NCBI GenBank assembly: GCA_043228905.1
Contig: JBHGNT010000447.1
Span: forward strand, 1 to 24,839
Length of the DNA stretch: 24,839 bases
Direction of reading: 5' to 3'
Source of the DNA: Azolla caroliniana
Lineage: Eukaryota; Plantae; Polypodiophyta
Numbering within the stretch: the stretch's first letter is position 1; each line of letters starts with the position of its first letter. The notes under the pieces are model-generated. The model made no database searches. It was not told the DNA's origin and saw only the letters and a program-made list of their open reading frames with translations. The position numbers and the translations under genes are program-made. This document shows, one piece after another, positions 1 through 12,745 of this stretch.

Positions 1-560
1 ATAATCAAAGTAGAATGCAACAACCATCATAGTTGAATTCCTTAACAAAGTAATGTACCCCTCCCTATGATAGTTATTCACAACTCGCTCGCATATCCTC
101 CAACAAATCGACAACAATTAGACTTCATTAAAATTTGTATATGCTCAAATGAGGTGATAGTTAGGCTTGAATTATATGTAGATAGACAAACTAGTCCCTT
201 TTTAACAATTTGGACTACCTCAATCTAGGTTGGTATTAATAAAAGTTAACCTATTTAGGCAAAACATTGAAAGGACATGGGGTAAACCCCGAAATACACC
301 ACGTAAAGAAGATGCCACTTTATCTCATTTTTTCTTGATAGTCTCAATATACTTGTGAGATGGATAGATACACATCCTGCACATGGATTACTCACGAGCA
401 TTGGACAAATACATACCTCTTTAGACCAACTCAGAATAGAGACTTCACGATGGATGAAAGTAACAATTGTGAGTAAGATATGCTAAGTTACTATAAGAGT
501 GGATAAACAGTCAGAGGAACATTGCATTCATAGATTTTCTAGAGAATTTCTCCCTTGTCA
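1..560 (+). pseudogene. Degenerate C-terminal end of a non-LTR retrotransposon (RTE/CR1-like LINE) ORF2
   Basis: Manual frame-1 translation of 361-540 gives WIDTHPAHGLLTSIGQIHTSLDQLRIETSRWMKVTIVSKIC*VTIRVDKQSEEHCIHRFS. This resembles the LINE C-terminal motif 'IGQLRxSSHxLxIETGRW...RICxxC...ESEEH..C'. Boundaries are approximate and the element probably continues left of the window. Confidence 0.5.
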
Positions 561-3500
561 TGCAATTGAAGGACAAAATGTTTTTTGGTGTTCTATATCA
601 TGTAACTTTAGAGGTGCATATAAACCATAGTGAAAGGTAAGACATTGTCATACTCACACCATGGACTTAGGCCAAGCAATGCCCAAGATCACCATGGAGT
701 AGAAAATAGTGCACACCTATACCAAATATAGACAGGAGCTATTGTTGGAAAGCATTAGAGGTTTTCTGAGATTCCTCATGCACAATAGTAAAGTCAAGGT
801 GTTTGATGGAACTTCAACATGGGTCCACAAGAGCAAATTTCCCCTCTCTTTTTATTTTTCTTTTAGATTTGATAATTTTCATTTCTTGAACAAATAAACA
901 AGCTTTAAGATGTATATGTATTGGTTTCATAGGCTATATTGTTCTCTATGTACACATTATGGACAATTGTGTACACACATTGTTTTACAGTTGTTCTGGT
1001 TCTACCCTTATTAGGATTATGGCTTCATTATTCCAACACCAACTGGACCCTCTCTCTCCCCCTCCTGAGCATGATGGTGCTCCATGTTTCAATGATGACA
1101 AATTGAAAAGTGTTTTTTAAGAGACATGTTGGACCCTAAGGAAAAGGAAAGAATTGGAAGTACAATCCATTTTTTAGGTTGGTTTTACTTTATAAGGTCT
1201 TCTCAAAGAGAAAAGACAAAAGCTCTAAAAAACTCACCACCCTCACCAGATTCTTAGTGTTAGTATATAAAATAAGTCATCCAAATTGTTATTATTATCC
1301 TCTTGGCCAATGTCGATTATTTATTGATTAATGATTGTCTCAGTCTGTATGAGAGAGAACATTAAATACTCAATGGACATTTTCATTCCACAAAAGCCAA
1401 CTTGGTCTTCTTGTGGACAAAAAGGTAGCACCATATTGTCTCTATGTTACCAAGACACTATTTGGTGGAGCCAATTTCTTTTCCTTTCGTCACTAAAAAG
1501 TTGGCATATAGTAGAGACAAACATTTTGAAGTGGAATAAACTTTACATATGTTTCATTTTGACCAAGCAAGTAAAAGCCTAGAGACATGGAACTTTAAAA
1601 AGTGCCCTTCTTAGGTTACATTTGGAGTCTATCCATTTTCTACTAGATTTATTACAATTCTTGTTACTTCATTTCAATCCATGCTCCAACACTCCTAAAC
1701 AACATTTTGATTAGGTGATGCAAATACTCAACTTTACCAAAAGGCCTACCCCACCTTGAACTCACATATTCCTTGATAACAATTTATAATTCATCTATTT
1801 TATATTGAAGTTAATTTTTTTCCCTTCATAATTACATTCCAACAATTGTCATCCCACAATTGTAGACAACAATGCTATAAAAGCTCCCAACTTTGAGTTT
1901 ACCAATTCATCTTGCTCAAAAAGGTGATGATCCATATCTATTAAATGGGCGGCTATGCATATCAATGAAATCCAAGTTGTTGGCAACCTAAGGGCCAATT
2001 ACTTTGTCTTCGATTATTATGTATAAGTTTCATCCATGCAAGCACTTTTCCAAACAATGGCTTCTCACCTTGTCCTTGGTAATGTACAAATTCTATCATC
2101 ATAATGGTTTCAAATATTGGATCTCCTCTCTAAACATTGCCTTTTCAAAGTAGGCATACACCATGGGGCAATAATAATCTAGTCGTAGGATAGTTTGTTT
2201 CATTTATAGTTTAAAAAGACTAGCACTATCATGCTTCATGTTAGAATCTATTTTGGTTTCACTAAAATCTTAGATAACTCATGTGTTTTCTGAAATGAAT
2301 GTATCGGAAAGATTTTGATAATGAATTTTCCAAATGAGAGCGAGAAATTTCTTTACACTTGAAACCAAATTTGTGTCACAACTTTATTCTAAAGTTGAAA
2401 GCCTCCTTTGGAGAGATTTAACCTAAGCACCAAAATAAATACATTCATTGGGGAATGATATTTCGTGAACAAGCTTATAATTTGTGGACCCAAGAAAAAG
2501 AAATAGAAGATGGCTTCCACTTGTCCGTTGGGGGATTATTGGGATGGATTATGAATCAAGATAAAGTTCTCCACCCTACTCAATTCTCCAATTTTAATAT
2601 TTTTCAATGACTTATGCATTGAGTGGAATATACAACCCCCTCTATTCACATGCCCAACACACGCTTGTTTGTCATCGACTTGTGAATCCAAACAATACAC
2701 AAATAATAACTCCACAATGCTAAATTTGGTCCAATATAATTCAAGGACTCAAAAAGCTAAATGATGGTCTACGTTATTATTGAGTTAAGGTACTTGTGCA
2801 ACATTAAAGTAAGATGGGGAATCAATGAGTATTGCTAATCTTCTTTTGCTTACATGGCACAATTCACTAAATATTGGGCCTTTTAAATGGATATTAATGG
2901 TTGCTCAAGATAAATAGATTAAAATAACTATGAAATATGGTTATTCTTGCCCTTAGAACTCTACCATTATGTTTCTTTTATGAGTAGTAATTTGAGTATT
3001 TCTAAATATGGGAAATTCATGAAGGCTAAGGCTAAGTGATTAACTTGGATATAACTAAATATGGCAAACCCTTGAAGGAAAATATGAAGGTTTTTGAATG
3101 GGGAATGTAGGTAGGTTTTTGAAGCAAACATAGCAAATTGGAATCATTCAATTAGTTAGTAACTTTTTCAGAAATGGGAATCTAATGTCAACTTTGAGTA
3201 CCTCCTATGGTGGAGATATAAATTAATGTCTTTCTATGGGTATATTATTTTGGGCATTACATGTTTCAAATCCTCCAACAATTCTCTTTCATTTTGAAAA
3301 TAGAAATTAATAACTGCACATGGCTTTTTATAACACTAACGTAATGTCTTTAAATTTGCACACAAGCAGTTTTATTTAGGAAGAGAGACCCAACATACTA
3401 AAATTGGAGTTCCCATACAAAATGTTGAACTTACTTATAACTCTTAATTTTGAACCATGACAATAATGTTAGGGTATAGGTGTAGATATGTTGTTAGGCA

Positions 3501-3642
3501 TGCCTTAAGAAAGCGATGGTATATTTTGTAACCCCATAAAATTTAAAAAGTCGTATTTTTAGGAGAAAAGTATAGTGTGCACTATCTCAAACAAGATTCC
3601 ATTTAGACTTTAAAACATTTTGTAGAGTTAAGCTCATGAATC

Positions 3643-3701
3643 TACATATACATACATATGTACATATGTATGTATGTATGTATGTATATATATATATATA
3701 T
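3643..3701. repeat. Compound microsatellite (TACA/TATG)n-(TA)n
   Basis: tacatatacatacatatgtacatatgtatgtatgtatgtatgtatatatatatatatat is seen directly. Confidence 0.9.
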
Positions 3702-3986
3702 TATTAAGTAGATCCAAATTTTAGTCAAGTGCCTCTAGGCCCTTGGATGTCTTTACTCATTTCCATATCATAGGTTTCAGTAATATTAAGTTGTCACTTT
3801 CTACATTCTTCCACATCAAGATGTCTCCCTAAGTCTCTTGATATCTCTCAATCATTTCCTTTCATAAATGCAAGGTTGACATGTGTTTGCCAATAAACAA
3901 ACCTCCAATAATCTAAATTCTCTAGATTGCTCTTTCAATCGTGCCCTCTTCCATGAATGCGAATCCATTGCTTGGCTTTCTAATGA

Positions 3987-4003
3987 GACACCCACTTTAT
4001 CTT
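3987..4003. repeat. LINE target-site duplication, left copy (GACACCCACTTTATCTT)
   Basis: An identical 17-mer is at 9369-9385. This copy abuts the poly(T) run, so its last two T overlap the tail. Confidence 0.92.
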
Positions 4004-4012
4004 TTTTTTTTT
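4002..4012 (-). other. Poly(A) tail of the L1 element
   Basis: Eleven T on the + strand between the TSD and the LINE 3' UTR. Confidence 0.85.
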
Positions 4013-4148
4013 GTATTATAAAAGATTTTCTTCAATAGTATTAAGAACAAAACGCCCGAAGGCTACAACTTGAACCTAACTACCAAGAAGGTTACAACTT
4101 TCTTTATACACTGATATAAAATACGAGGATGTTTACATTTGTTGATAT

Positions 4149-7100
4149 TCAAAGAGTCCATGGAAGTCGATATTGCCATTGAGGCTCTTGAGCTACCATT
4201 GTAAACAGGGGCACCTTTTTCCATAAGTGAAGAAACTTTTTCCTTTTCTTGTTCATAGTATCTGGGGAACCCTGCATATTGTCATATTGATCACGAACTA
4301 CAGCCAGCAAGTTCTCCCATAACTCAAACAACACATCTGAGAGATGAATGTCTACCCCATCATAAAGTCGTTTACATTGATATTTCCATAATACCCATAA
4401 TGTTATTGTGGACATAGTTTTCCAAATTTGGACGGATCGCACCTGCTTTCGAGGTTGCTGGAAAGGACTAACTAATATCAATCTTCCATTATGTATTGTC
4501 ATTGCCTCATGAACATCGTTTGCCTCATACAACATTAAACCAGAGTGTAATACTCTCCACATCGCTGATCCCCATGAGAATAAGCAACCTACATTTATTG
4601 TTAGGAATAAATAAACGACTTTCTTCCATACTTGTTGAGCAAAAGAACAAGATCATAAGACATGCTTGGTAGTTTCTTGAGGTTCATGGCAACTGGCACA
4701 TTGCCACAAATTGGGTGTCACATTCCCTTTCAATGCATGACCAACTGGTAGAGCCATATGCACTAATAACCATCGAAAGAGAATAAATTTAGTTGGCCCC
4801 TTGAATGACCATATCCATTTCCAATAGGTTCTCAAATGCAAAGTGGAAACACCCCAATTGGTCCAATGTTTCTGAGCCGTTGGTATCTTTACATTATGAG
4901 AGAGCAATAATGATCTTCCAAGTTTTACTGAGTACTGAAAAAAGGGGACCTTTACGATCTTTTCCCCCAAGGAGTGTGACCAAAGCCAACCCCCTGGATC
5001 CCATGTTAATCTTGCAATAGGATCTTTTGAATATAACCACATGATATCACACATATGAGCAATTGATGGATAATGATCAAGGATCCATTTCTTTCCAGTT
5101 TTAGCAACCACTATAACTGGTGCACTTCGTAAGTCCTATAGATAATTGCAATCAAAGGTATAAGATTGCAATGTATTGTTGTCTAGGACTTGAAAATAAG
5201 ACACGCGCCCATTAGGTGAAACACCCTTAACAACCATCAATATCTCATTTGCGAAGCATCCAAACCATATATGTTCTTGCCTCGGTTGGAAGGTTGTTAA
5301 AAATGAAGAATATGTTACTGATAAGGTAGCTGTCATTATCTTGGCACCATGAACTGATTGTAGATGTACAAGTCGATCTTCTTGTGACATTTGTTGAAAC
5401 CGAGTCCACGTTCTTATAGATGCAGCTGACCCATTATCCAATTTACCCCAAGCAAGGTGAGGACGCAGGCCCAATACTTTTCCTGCATTATCCCGAAATA
5501 GAGAATTGGCAAGCATAGGTTGATTAAGTAATGCATCCTAGGTAGAAGGTTTGTCCTTTAGCAAAAATGATTTAATTGCATCCCACACTCTTATGATTCC
5601 TAGCAAAAATCTATTGGATGCAAGATTTCTCCTTGGTGTTTTCATGTCATTCAAGAACAACCACTTTAAAGAGGGTGACCATACTCCTCCTATCTTAGGA
5701 GTTAATTGCATTAACTGATTTAAAAACATTCCTTTCCAAGCTTCTGATCCTGGCAACAAACCTCTGATAACAAACTTAGTCAAGAGAGCTCTTGACTGCA
5801 TCAAAGGATCTATCAAACCCAACCCTCCATTAATTTTAAGTTGAATCAACACATTCCACACAACTTTGGCTACTGTAGGAGAGCCATGTTTTCCCCCCCA
5901 AAGGAAATTCCGGATCCAACTTTGCACCTTTGTCATTGCTGATCTAGAAAATAGCCACACAGATGCTATAAACCACATTGATGCCAATAGTACTGTATTT
6001 GCTACTACAACGCGACCTGCAAAAGACAATTGTTGGGCATCCCAATACAATAATTTACGTTTGATTGATAATAGCAACGGAGATAACATTACTTCTGGCC
6101 TTAAATCTATTCCAACCATACATCCTAAATATCGAACTGGCTCACCACGATGAAGCCATCGGAAAGCATGACCTGGATACCACTCAGGATGATTTTCTGC
6201 ACCAACCCAAAGGCCAACTGACTTATTCCAGTTAAGTGATGCACCCGTAGCATCTAAGAAAACTTGCAAAGCATTTTGTACCCGATCGAGATTACTGATC
6301 TTCCCGTCAACATAGAGGGTTGTATCATTTGCAAATTCAACATCCAGTACAATGGATTGTGTAATAGGTAATACTAATCCTTTGATACTAGTAGTTGATG
6401 ATCTTAGGTAGGAGGACAAAGCTTCCCCAAACAAGATAAAAAGAAATGGGGCAAGAGGGCATCCTTGTCTAACAGACTTGGATATAGGAAATAGTGTCCC
6501 GTATTCTCCAGCAAACAAAACAGAACTAGAAGCATGCATGTAAAGGGATGAAACACCTTTTATCCATGCGGCTGGAAAACCTAATCTTGATAGCACTGCC
6601 TCAAGAAAGTCCCAATCCACTTTATCATATGCCTTTTCAAAGTCAAGCAATAATATTGCAAGTTGTTGTTTATGTTGCTGAGCTAATGCAACCATTTCCC
6701 AGAACAAAAAGATATTATCAAAAATACTTCTGTCTTGTAGGAAGCCACATTGTGTATCATGAATAATAGACGGCAATACAGGTTGTAGTCTAACTGCAAT
6801 AGTTTTTGCCACTATCTTATACACAACATTAAGCAATGTTATTGCCCGCCACTTGGAGACTTCATCACATTGAGCATCCGATTTAGGAATCATATATATG
6901 ATTCCTTCTGTCCATTCCTCAGGCATATTACCCATTGAGAATATTAAATTAACTGCTCTAGTAATGAGAGAACCAATAAAATCCCAATAATGCAAATAAA
7001 AACCAATTCCTATTCCATCTTTTCCAGGACAAACATCCTTACCTAAGGATTTAGCCGCAACAAATACCTCTTGAGATGTAAACGGTTGTAATAACTGAGA

Positions 7101-8479
7101 GGCCATTACATCTGTAACCTTCTGTTCAATAGTTGTAAGAACAACTTGTTGCTTATAAAAATTATTTGTCGTAAAAGATTCAACAGACAATAAGTTATGA
7201 TAATAATCCGAGACTATACTTCGCATCTCAGAGCCATCTGATGTATAGGATCCATCAAGCCGCTTCAAAGAAGTAATAGAAAGAGGTCTAGCTTTTCGTT
7301 TAAATTGATTAAAGAATTCCTTATTGACCCGATCTTGCCTTTGAGACCAACGAGCAACATTACGATGGTAAAAGAAACTTGAGCGTGCTTCCTGTTTTTC
7401 CTTTAGACTGCTTTTTACTTGCTGCAAATCACAACATAATATAGATGAAGTTGGATATCTTTCCAAAAGTTGTTGTAATGCTGTCAAAGCACGACGCAAG
7501 TTAGCAATCTCTGAATTGCAGTGATAAACAGATGCTGAAACTCTTTCTGTGAATAGAATCTTTGTATCGAGTATGGCATGAGTCATATTGCTAAGCAAAC
7601 AAGCATTTGAAAAATTGTATTTTGACCATATTTGTATGATTGACATCCGATGATTATCCTCAGATAAAATTGCAGGAGGGATACACAATTGTCTCGAGTA
7701 TCGCATCTTAGTAAATGTAACCTGTAACTTCAGAGGGTCGTGGTCAGAGATAGCTGAATCCTGGAATAATTCCTATGGATCCACCTGCTTCCCAAACAAT
7801 GCTACTAGCATAAAATCTATCTAGTCAAGACAAATTTGTAGCAACCAAGATTCCATCTGATCTAGAAAACTGAAGGGATCCTTGTATACGTGAAAATGAA
7901 TGCACCTTCCATAAATCCAGCAACCCATAAGTAAAACAAAAGTAATCCCAACACTTAGCTTCCCATCCTGAAATTGTAGTAGTTATACCTCCCAGCCTGT
8001 CAGCAACATCCTCAATCATATTAAAGTCGCCTCCTACGAACCAACAATCCGCTAAACTCACATAATTAGAAAGAGATAGCCATAACTTTGCCCTTTCGGC
8101 CGCAGAATTTGGGGCATAGAGATTCATAAGGCCAACCTTTTGGGATCTTATTTTTACAATCAGGAATTGTGCCCTTTTATTCATAATAGTAGCAACTGAC
8201 ACAATGATAGACTGCAAATGTTGTTTAATTGCAATGCATAGTCCAACCTGACGGTCAGTGGGGCCAAAAGCGGGAATCCAGAAGTGAGTCCATTGTCTTG
8301 GTAAAATAGATCCATACTTCCGAATTCTATCCATACATAAGTGATTCTCTTGTAAAAAAAGAATATCAATATTTCCTACATTAGCAGTACCTAAATCTGC
8401 GCGTAAGTCCTTTAAATCTACGAAAAGCCTGACCACCCAAGCCTTGCACATTCCAGGAAAGAAGATGTAAGGTGTCCAT
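4149..8479 (-). pseudogene. L1 ORF2 (APE endonuclease, reverse transcriptase, zf-RVT/CCHC), disrupted
   Basis: ATG at 8479 gives MDTLHLLSWNVQGL (APE motif I). Further EN motifs: LQENHL, NLYAPN, GGDFN, SDHDP. RT motifs: PGKDG, WRAITLLNVVYKI, LDFEKAYDKVDW, VRQGCPLAP, FANDTT (FADD mutated), RYLG. C-terminal CASCHEPQETTKHVL*SC. Frameshifts near 8410 and 7760, in-frame stops at 7825, 5538, 5136 and 4653. ORF-track pieces 5538-7706, 5136-5516, 4653-5111 and 4149-4562 share one frame. Confidence 0.93.
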
Positions 8480-8480
8480 C

Positions 8481-9368
8481 TTACACAGATTTTATTGGTG
8501 TCCTTTTCTCAAGGAGAGCATCCTGGCGGCCTTTCTGGGCACCCTCCTGAGCTCTTGCTTGTTGTTTTAAAAGTAGATAGTTCCCTGCATGCTTATGTAC
8601 CCTATGATCCTTAACTTGCTTTTGAGGGGTCTGAAGTGTCAGGGTATCCTGTGAAACTGTAAATTGATATCTAGCACAAGGGAGTTTATCTACTCCTTGA
8701 GCCATTTCAACCCCCATCATATTTGATTGACTAGAAATAGATTTTCCTACAAGCTTATCAAAGGGAACTGAACTACCAGAAACACCAATATCGATTTGTT
8801 GGTCTGCTTCGATTCCCATAACACTTGGAGGCATTTCCACATCTGTAATATCTTGAGCAGAGACAACTTTTCCTTTTAATTTTTTAGATGAATCCAAATT
8901 AACATTTGGTGTCAACTGCTGGTTCTCAACAATTTTCAATGGTGGTTGGCCTACTATTAACCTTGGGAAAGTCTCAGGCAACTTAGTAGAAAGTAAGTTT
9001 GTCTTTTGGGAAAAATGGGTTGATGGTTGATCTGACATATTCACTTCATGTGACCGATCCTCTTCTACTTGGAGGGTAGAATATCTATTATGTAAGGGGG
9101 GAAATTCCTTTAAATGATTGATTGACACTTGATGACGCTTGTCATAAGATAATTGTGAAGATACTTTCCTATGACCGACCTCAGTCCAACCCTTAGATCT
9201 AGCATGAGATGTGACTATAGTTGTATTGGGTACATGCTTATCTGTCTCTTTATTATATTTAGGGTAATTTTTTGCCAAATGACCAAATCCAAAACACCGA
9301 AAACACTGATTTGGCAAACCCCTATACAAAATTCTCTGAGAATAAGATTCTCGTCTAGAGTCAAGCAG
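8481..9368 (-). pseudogene. L1 ORF1 C-terminal part (zinc knuckle plus low-complexity tail), 5'-truncated
   Basis: ILYRGLPNQCFRCFGFGHLAKNYP is the plant L1 ORF1 CX2CX4HX4C knuckle with the last C changed to Y. The ORF-track start (GTG 9377) lies inside the TSD and is not a real start. Confidence 0.85.
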
Positions 9369-9385
9369 GACACCCACTTTATCTT
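9369..9385. repeat. LINE target-site duplication, right copy (GACACCCACTTTATCTT)
   Basis: Identical to 3987-4003. Confidence 0.92.
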
Positions 9386-9944
9386 ATAAGCCACATACAC
9401 TCTATCTTTGATGAGTTGACTATGAGAAGTATTCCTCTTAAGGTTAATAACTTCATTATCATGATAAATTACGTGCAAGCCTCAACATGGGAGATGCCCA
9501 ATGTCTCTCTTTTCTCTCCTAGACAAACACATATATATACAAATGTTAAGAAATGGAATGTGGAAACCCTACTTGTACTACAAATCAATGACATCCTTAC
9601 TATCACAACCACTAAGTAGATTGCATAGTTGTGAGAGCTTGTAGTTTGTGTGTAGTGCAATTATAAGTATGTGGAACAACATACTACATGTATGTGTAAA
9701 AATAGGGTTATGCACATTTGCTTGTAACTAGTTCAATGCTAGTTGTAAGACTTCATAGTCTTCACTTATTATTATTTCCCATCATTTTTATAATCTTCCT
9801 ATTTTCTTGCTTCTCATTAGATTAACACTCACTTTCATATTTATTCTTTCTCTCTCTCTCTGTCGCCTCCATGCCTTAGTTCTATGATACATATGGTTTG
9901 TATTAGGAACTGTTGGCCAGAGTATGGAGGACAAGTGGGGGACA

Positions 9945-10305
9945 TGTTAGGAAACAGATCCCTCCGGATGGGATTGGAGTACCTAACAACGGAAGACCCG
10001 GCGAGAACCAGATGTGGAGTACCCGGCAATGGAAGACCTGGTGAGAACTGGATGACAAGTACCCGACAAGGAAGGCTCGGTGAGAACCGGATGACGAGTA
10101 CCCGACAAGAACCGGATGGTGAAGGCCCGGTGAGAAGTGCTCACCGGATGAAGGGACATATTCGTAAATATGTTTTTTGAGAGTCCATCGTGGCAATATT
10201 TGTAAATAACCGAAAAGTCATATTAGTATAAATATGATTTAGGGAAAACTTAGGGATGTAGTGTTGTCATTCGAGTTGGTTGCAACAATTCTGTGCGTAA
10301 TTGTG

Positions 10306-10359
<54 letters not shown>

Positions 10360-10629
10360 GAGGTCGTTGCCTCTATTGTAACCGCCACCTGTGGCGAAGA
10401 TAGCAAGCTCGAGGTCGTTGCCTCGGTGCTTTACTATTGTACATTGTGATATAGTGATAGTTTGCAGTTTGTGGGCTGCCCTGGTTTTTCCCTAGTTTGG
10501 GTTTTCCACGTTAACATCCTGTGTACTCTTCTCTTCACTGTGTCGTGCGTACCTTACCCGTTTTCTGTGTTTGATCCTAGACTCGATTGTGGCCGAGCGT
10601 TGTGTTTTAGGGAGCGTGTATTCCTGTCA
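9945..10629 (+). repeat. 5' LTR of copia copy A (685 bp)
   Basis: TGTTAGGAAA...TTCCTGTCA termini. Homologous to the LTRs at 13353, 15558 and 21716. Contains 39-40-bp tandem units (~9976-10137) and TATAAATA at 10227, and is followed by a PBS. Confidence 0.92.
10309..10356. repeat. (AG)24 microsatellite inside LTR A
   Basis: Seen directly. The equivalent position in the other LTRs has only short or interrupted AG runs. Confidence 0.95.
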
Positions 10630-10632
10630 AAG

Positions 10633-10643
10633 TGGTATCAGAG
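10633..10643 (+). other. Primer-binding site (tRNA-iMet) of copia A
   Basis: TGGTATCAGAG, 3 nt after the LTR end. Confidence 0.93.
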
Positions 10644-10660
10644 TGAGACGACACAGAAAA

Positions 10661-12745
10661 ATGGACGATTCGTTGGGAGGCATGTTCAAACTCACCGACT
10701 CCAACCATTCGGTGTGGAAGTCGAAGATGAGGGACATGCTCGTGGTTAAAGATCTTTGGTTGCCAGTTCAGTTCGGGGACAAAAGACCGGACAAAATCGA
10801 TGCCACAATATGGGAGGTGATGCACATGAAGACAACGGTGTACATACGGTGCTTCATCGACATGAGTCTATACAACAATTTCAATGAAGAGAGCAAGGCT
10901 CATGAGCTCTAGGAGAAGATCGACATTATGTTTCAGAACAAAAATGCCGTTAATCAAGTTTCGGTATTTCGGAAGCTAGTAAGACTTCAGTACCAAGATG
11001 GCTCCAGCATGGCGGAGCACATGAATGCCTTCAAGGGGCTGATCCACTAGGAAACATCATTGGAAGTACCTCTCACCGATGAGGTACTAGCACTACTCTT
11101 GCTCGGTTCCCTCCCAGATAGCTGGGAGACGTTGGTTGTCACTTTGGGCAATGCCGGGCCGGAAGGAAAACGGTTATCCCAAGCAAGAGTGAAGTCGAGC
11201 TTGCTAGATGAGGAGGCGCGTCGGAAAGATAAGGATACGAGCTCTGACTCCAAAGTGCTCCTTACCGAATCGGAATGCGGAAGACAAAGGAACCGTAGTC
11301 CCCAGAACCGGGAGAAGTCGGGGACATGGTCAAAGTCAAGGGGGAGGCCTACCTGCTTCTATTGCGGCAAGCCGGGACACTTCCAGAAGAACTGTTGGCA
11401 CTTCCGAAAAGACAAGGAAACCGATGATACCGATTCGAAGCGGACACCGGACCGGAACGGTAAAGATTGGAGGGGAACGGACCGGAAGGGAGCGATGACA
11501 ATCGCGGCAAGTGAAGAAGAGTTGATGCTCATCACCGAGGAGAGTGAGCTAAACCTTGCCGGCGACAAGATGACCTGGGTGGTCGACTCCGGAGCGTCGT
11601 TCCACCTTACCCCGGACCGGAAATGCTTCTCATCCTACTCAGCCGGTGATCACGGCTGTGTCCAGATGGGGAATGAAGGTACATGCCGAATTTTCGGCAT
11701 AGGAGACGTGTGGTTGACAACACCAACCGGACGCAAGCTGCTGCTGAAGGATGTCCGACACGTTTCGGAGGTTCGTTTGAACCTGATATCAGCCGGTTGG
11801 CTAGATGATGAAGGCTACACAAGTAGCATCCGGAATGGTTTTATGAAGTTCAACAAAGGGAGCTTGATTGTGGCTCCGGCCTGGAAGGTCAACACGTTGT
11901 ACCTGATGAATGCCCAGTTATGCCCGGAAGAAGTGAACGTGGCTTCCGACACTACCGGTGAGCTGTGGCACAAGAGATTGTGTCACATGAGTGTGAAGGG
12001 GATGAAGAGGGTTGCAAACGACAACCTCATTCTGGTGAAGAACGTGCACTTGGAGAAGTGCACTGATTGTCTGGCCGGTAAACAAAACCGGACCTCCTTC
12101 CGATCGAGGCCACCGATGAGACGTAATGCACCACTGGAGTTGGTGCATACTGATGTATGTCAAGTGGACACGAAGTCACATGCCGGACCGCAGTACTTTG
12201 TGACGTTCATAGATGATCACAGCTGGAAGCTGTGGGCCACACCGCTGAAGACGAAGGATCAGGTACTATCTGTCTTCAAAGAGCTCCATGCGAGAGTGGA
12301 AAGAGAAACCGGCCGGAAGTTGAAGGCGGTTCGAGCAGATAACGGAGGAGAATACCTGGGGCAATTCGAGGAGTACTGCCGCTCGAAGGGAATCCGGCTC
12401 GAATTTACCATGCTGAAGACGCCGGAACTAAACGGGCTGGCCGAGAGGATGAACCGGACCATAATGGAGAGGGCCCGGAGTATGCTGGCGCATGCAAAAC
12501 TACCCAAGAAGTTTTGGGCTGAGGCACTATCGATGGCGACATACGTGATAAATAGATCACCCTCAGTACCCTTGGACGGAGACACGCCGCAGAGAGTCTG
12601 GACCGGTAAGGAAGTGTCCTACCGGCATCTGAAGGTATTCGGGTGTCTTGCGTACGTGCATGTTGCTAAGGACTGGAGAGGAAAGTTGGATCCAAAGACC
12701 CGGCCATGCATATTCCTCGGTTACGGCGACGATGAGTTCGGCTAC
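10661..12745 (+). pseudogene. Copia gag-protease-integrase polyprotein with two in-frame stops, truncated
   Basis: Starts MDDSLGGMFKL. TAG at 10910 and 11048. Motifs: knuckle CFYCGKPGHFQKNC, protease WVVDSGASFH, LWHKRLCH...CTDC, DDE core VHTDVC/ADNGGEY/NGLAERMNRT, and FLGY. Confidence 0.93.

Larger units (their letters stand above)
4004..9368 (-). mobile_element. L1-clade LINE retrotransposon, 5'-truncated inside ORF1, inactive
   Basis: Partial ORF1 with CCHC knuckle, ORF2 with APE endonuclease, RT and C-terminal CCHC, a ~140-bp 3' UTR, an A11 tail (T run 4002-4012) and a 17-bp TSD. Confidence 0.95.
9945..12745 (+). mobile_element. Ty1/copia LTR retrotransposon copy A (Tnt1/Tork-like), 3'-truncated after the integrase core
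   Basis: 5' LTR, PBS and gag-PR-IN in copia order. Homology stops abruptly after IFLGYGDDEFGY. No RT, RNase H or 3' LTR follows. Confidence 0.93.

Noticed and set aside
600-3640. Short ORFs 709-897 and 1331-1582, and a possible decayed transposase on the minus strand
   Set aside because: The region is AT-rich and stop-ridden in the frames I tried, with no motif I can name. It is probably old TE debris but cannot be supported.
5866-6766. Plus-strand ORFs opposite L1 ORF2, and similar ones opposite copia, gypsy and transposase frames
   Set aside because: These are shadow ORFs of real coding frames with no independent evidence.
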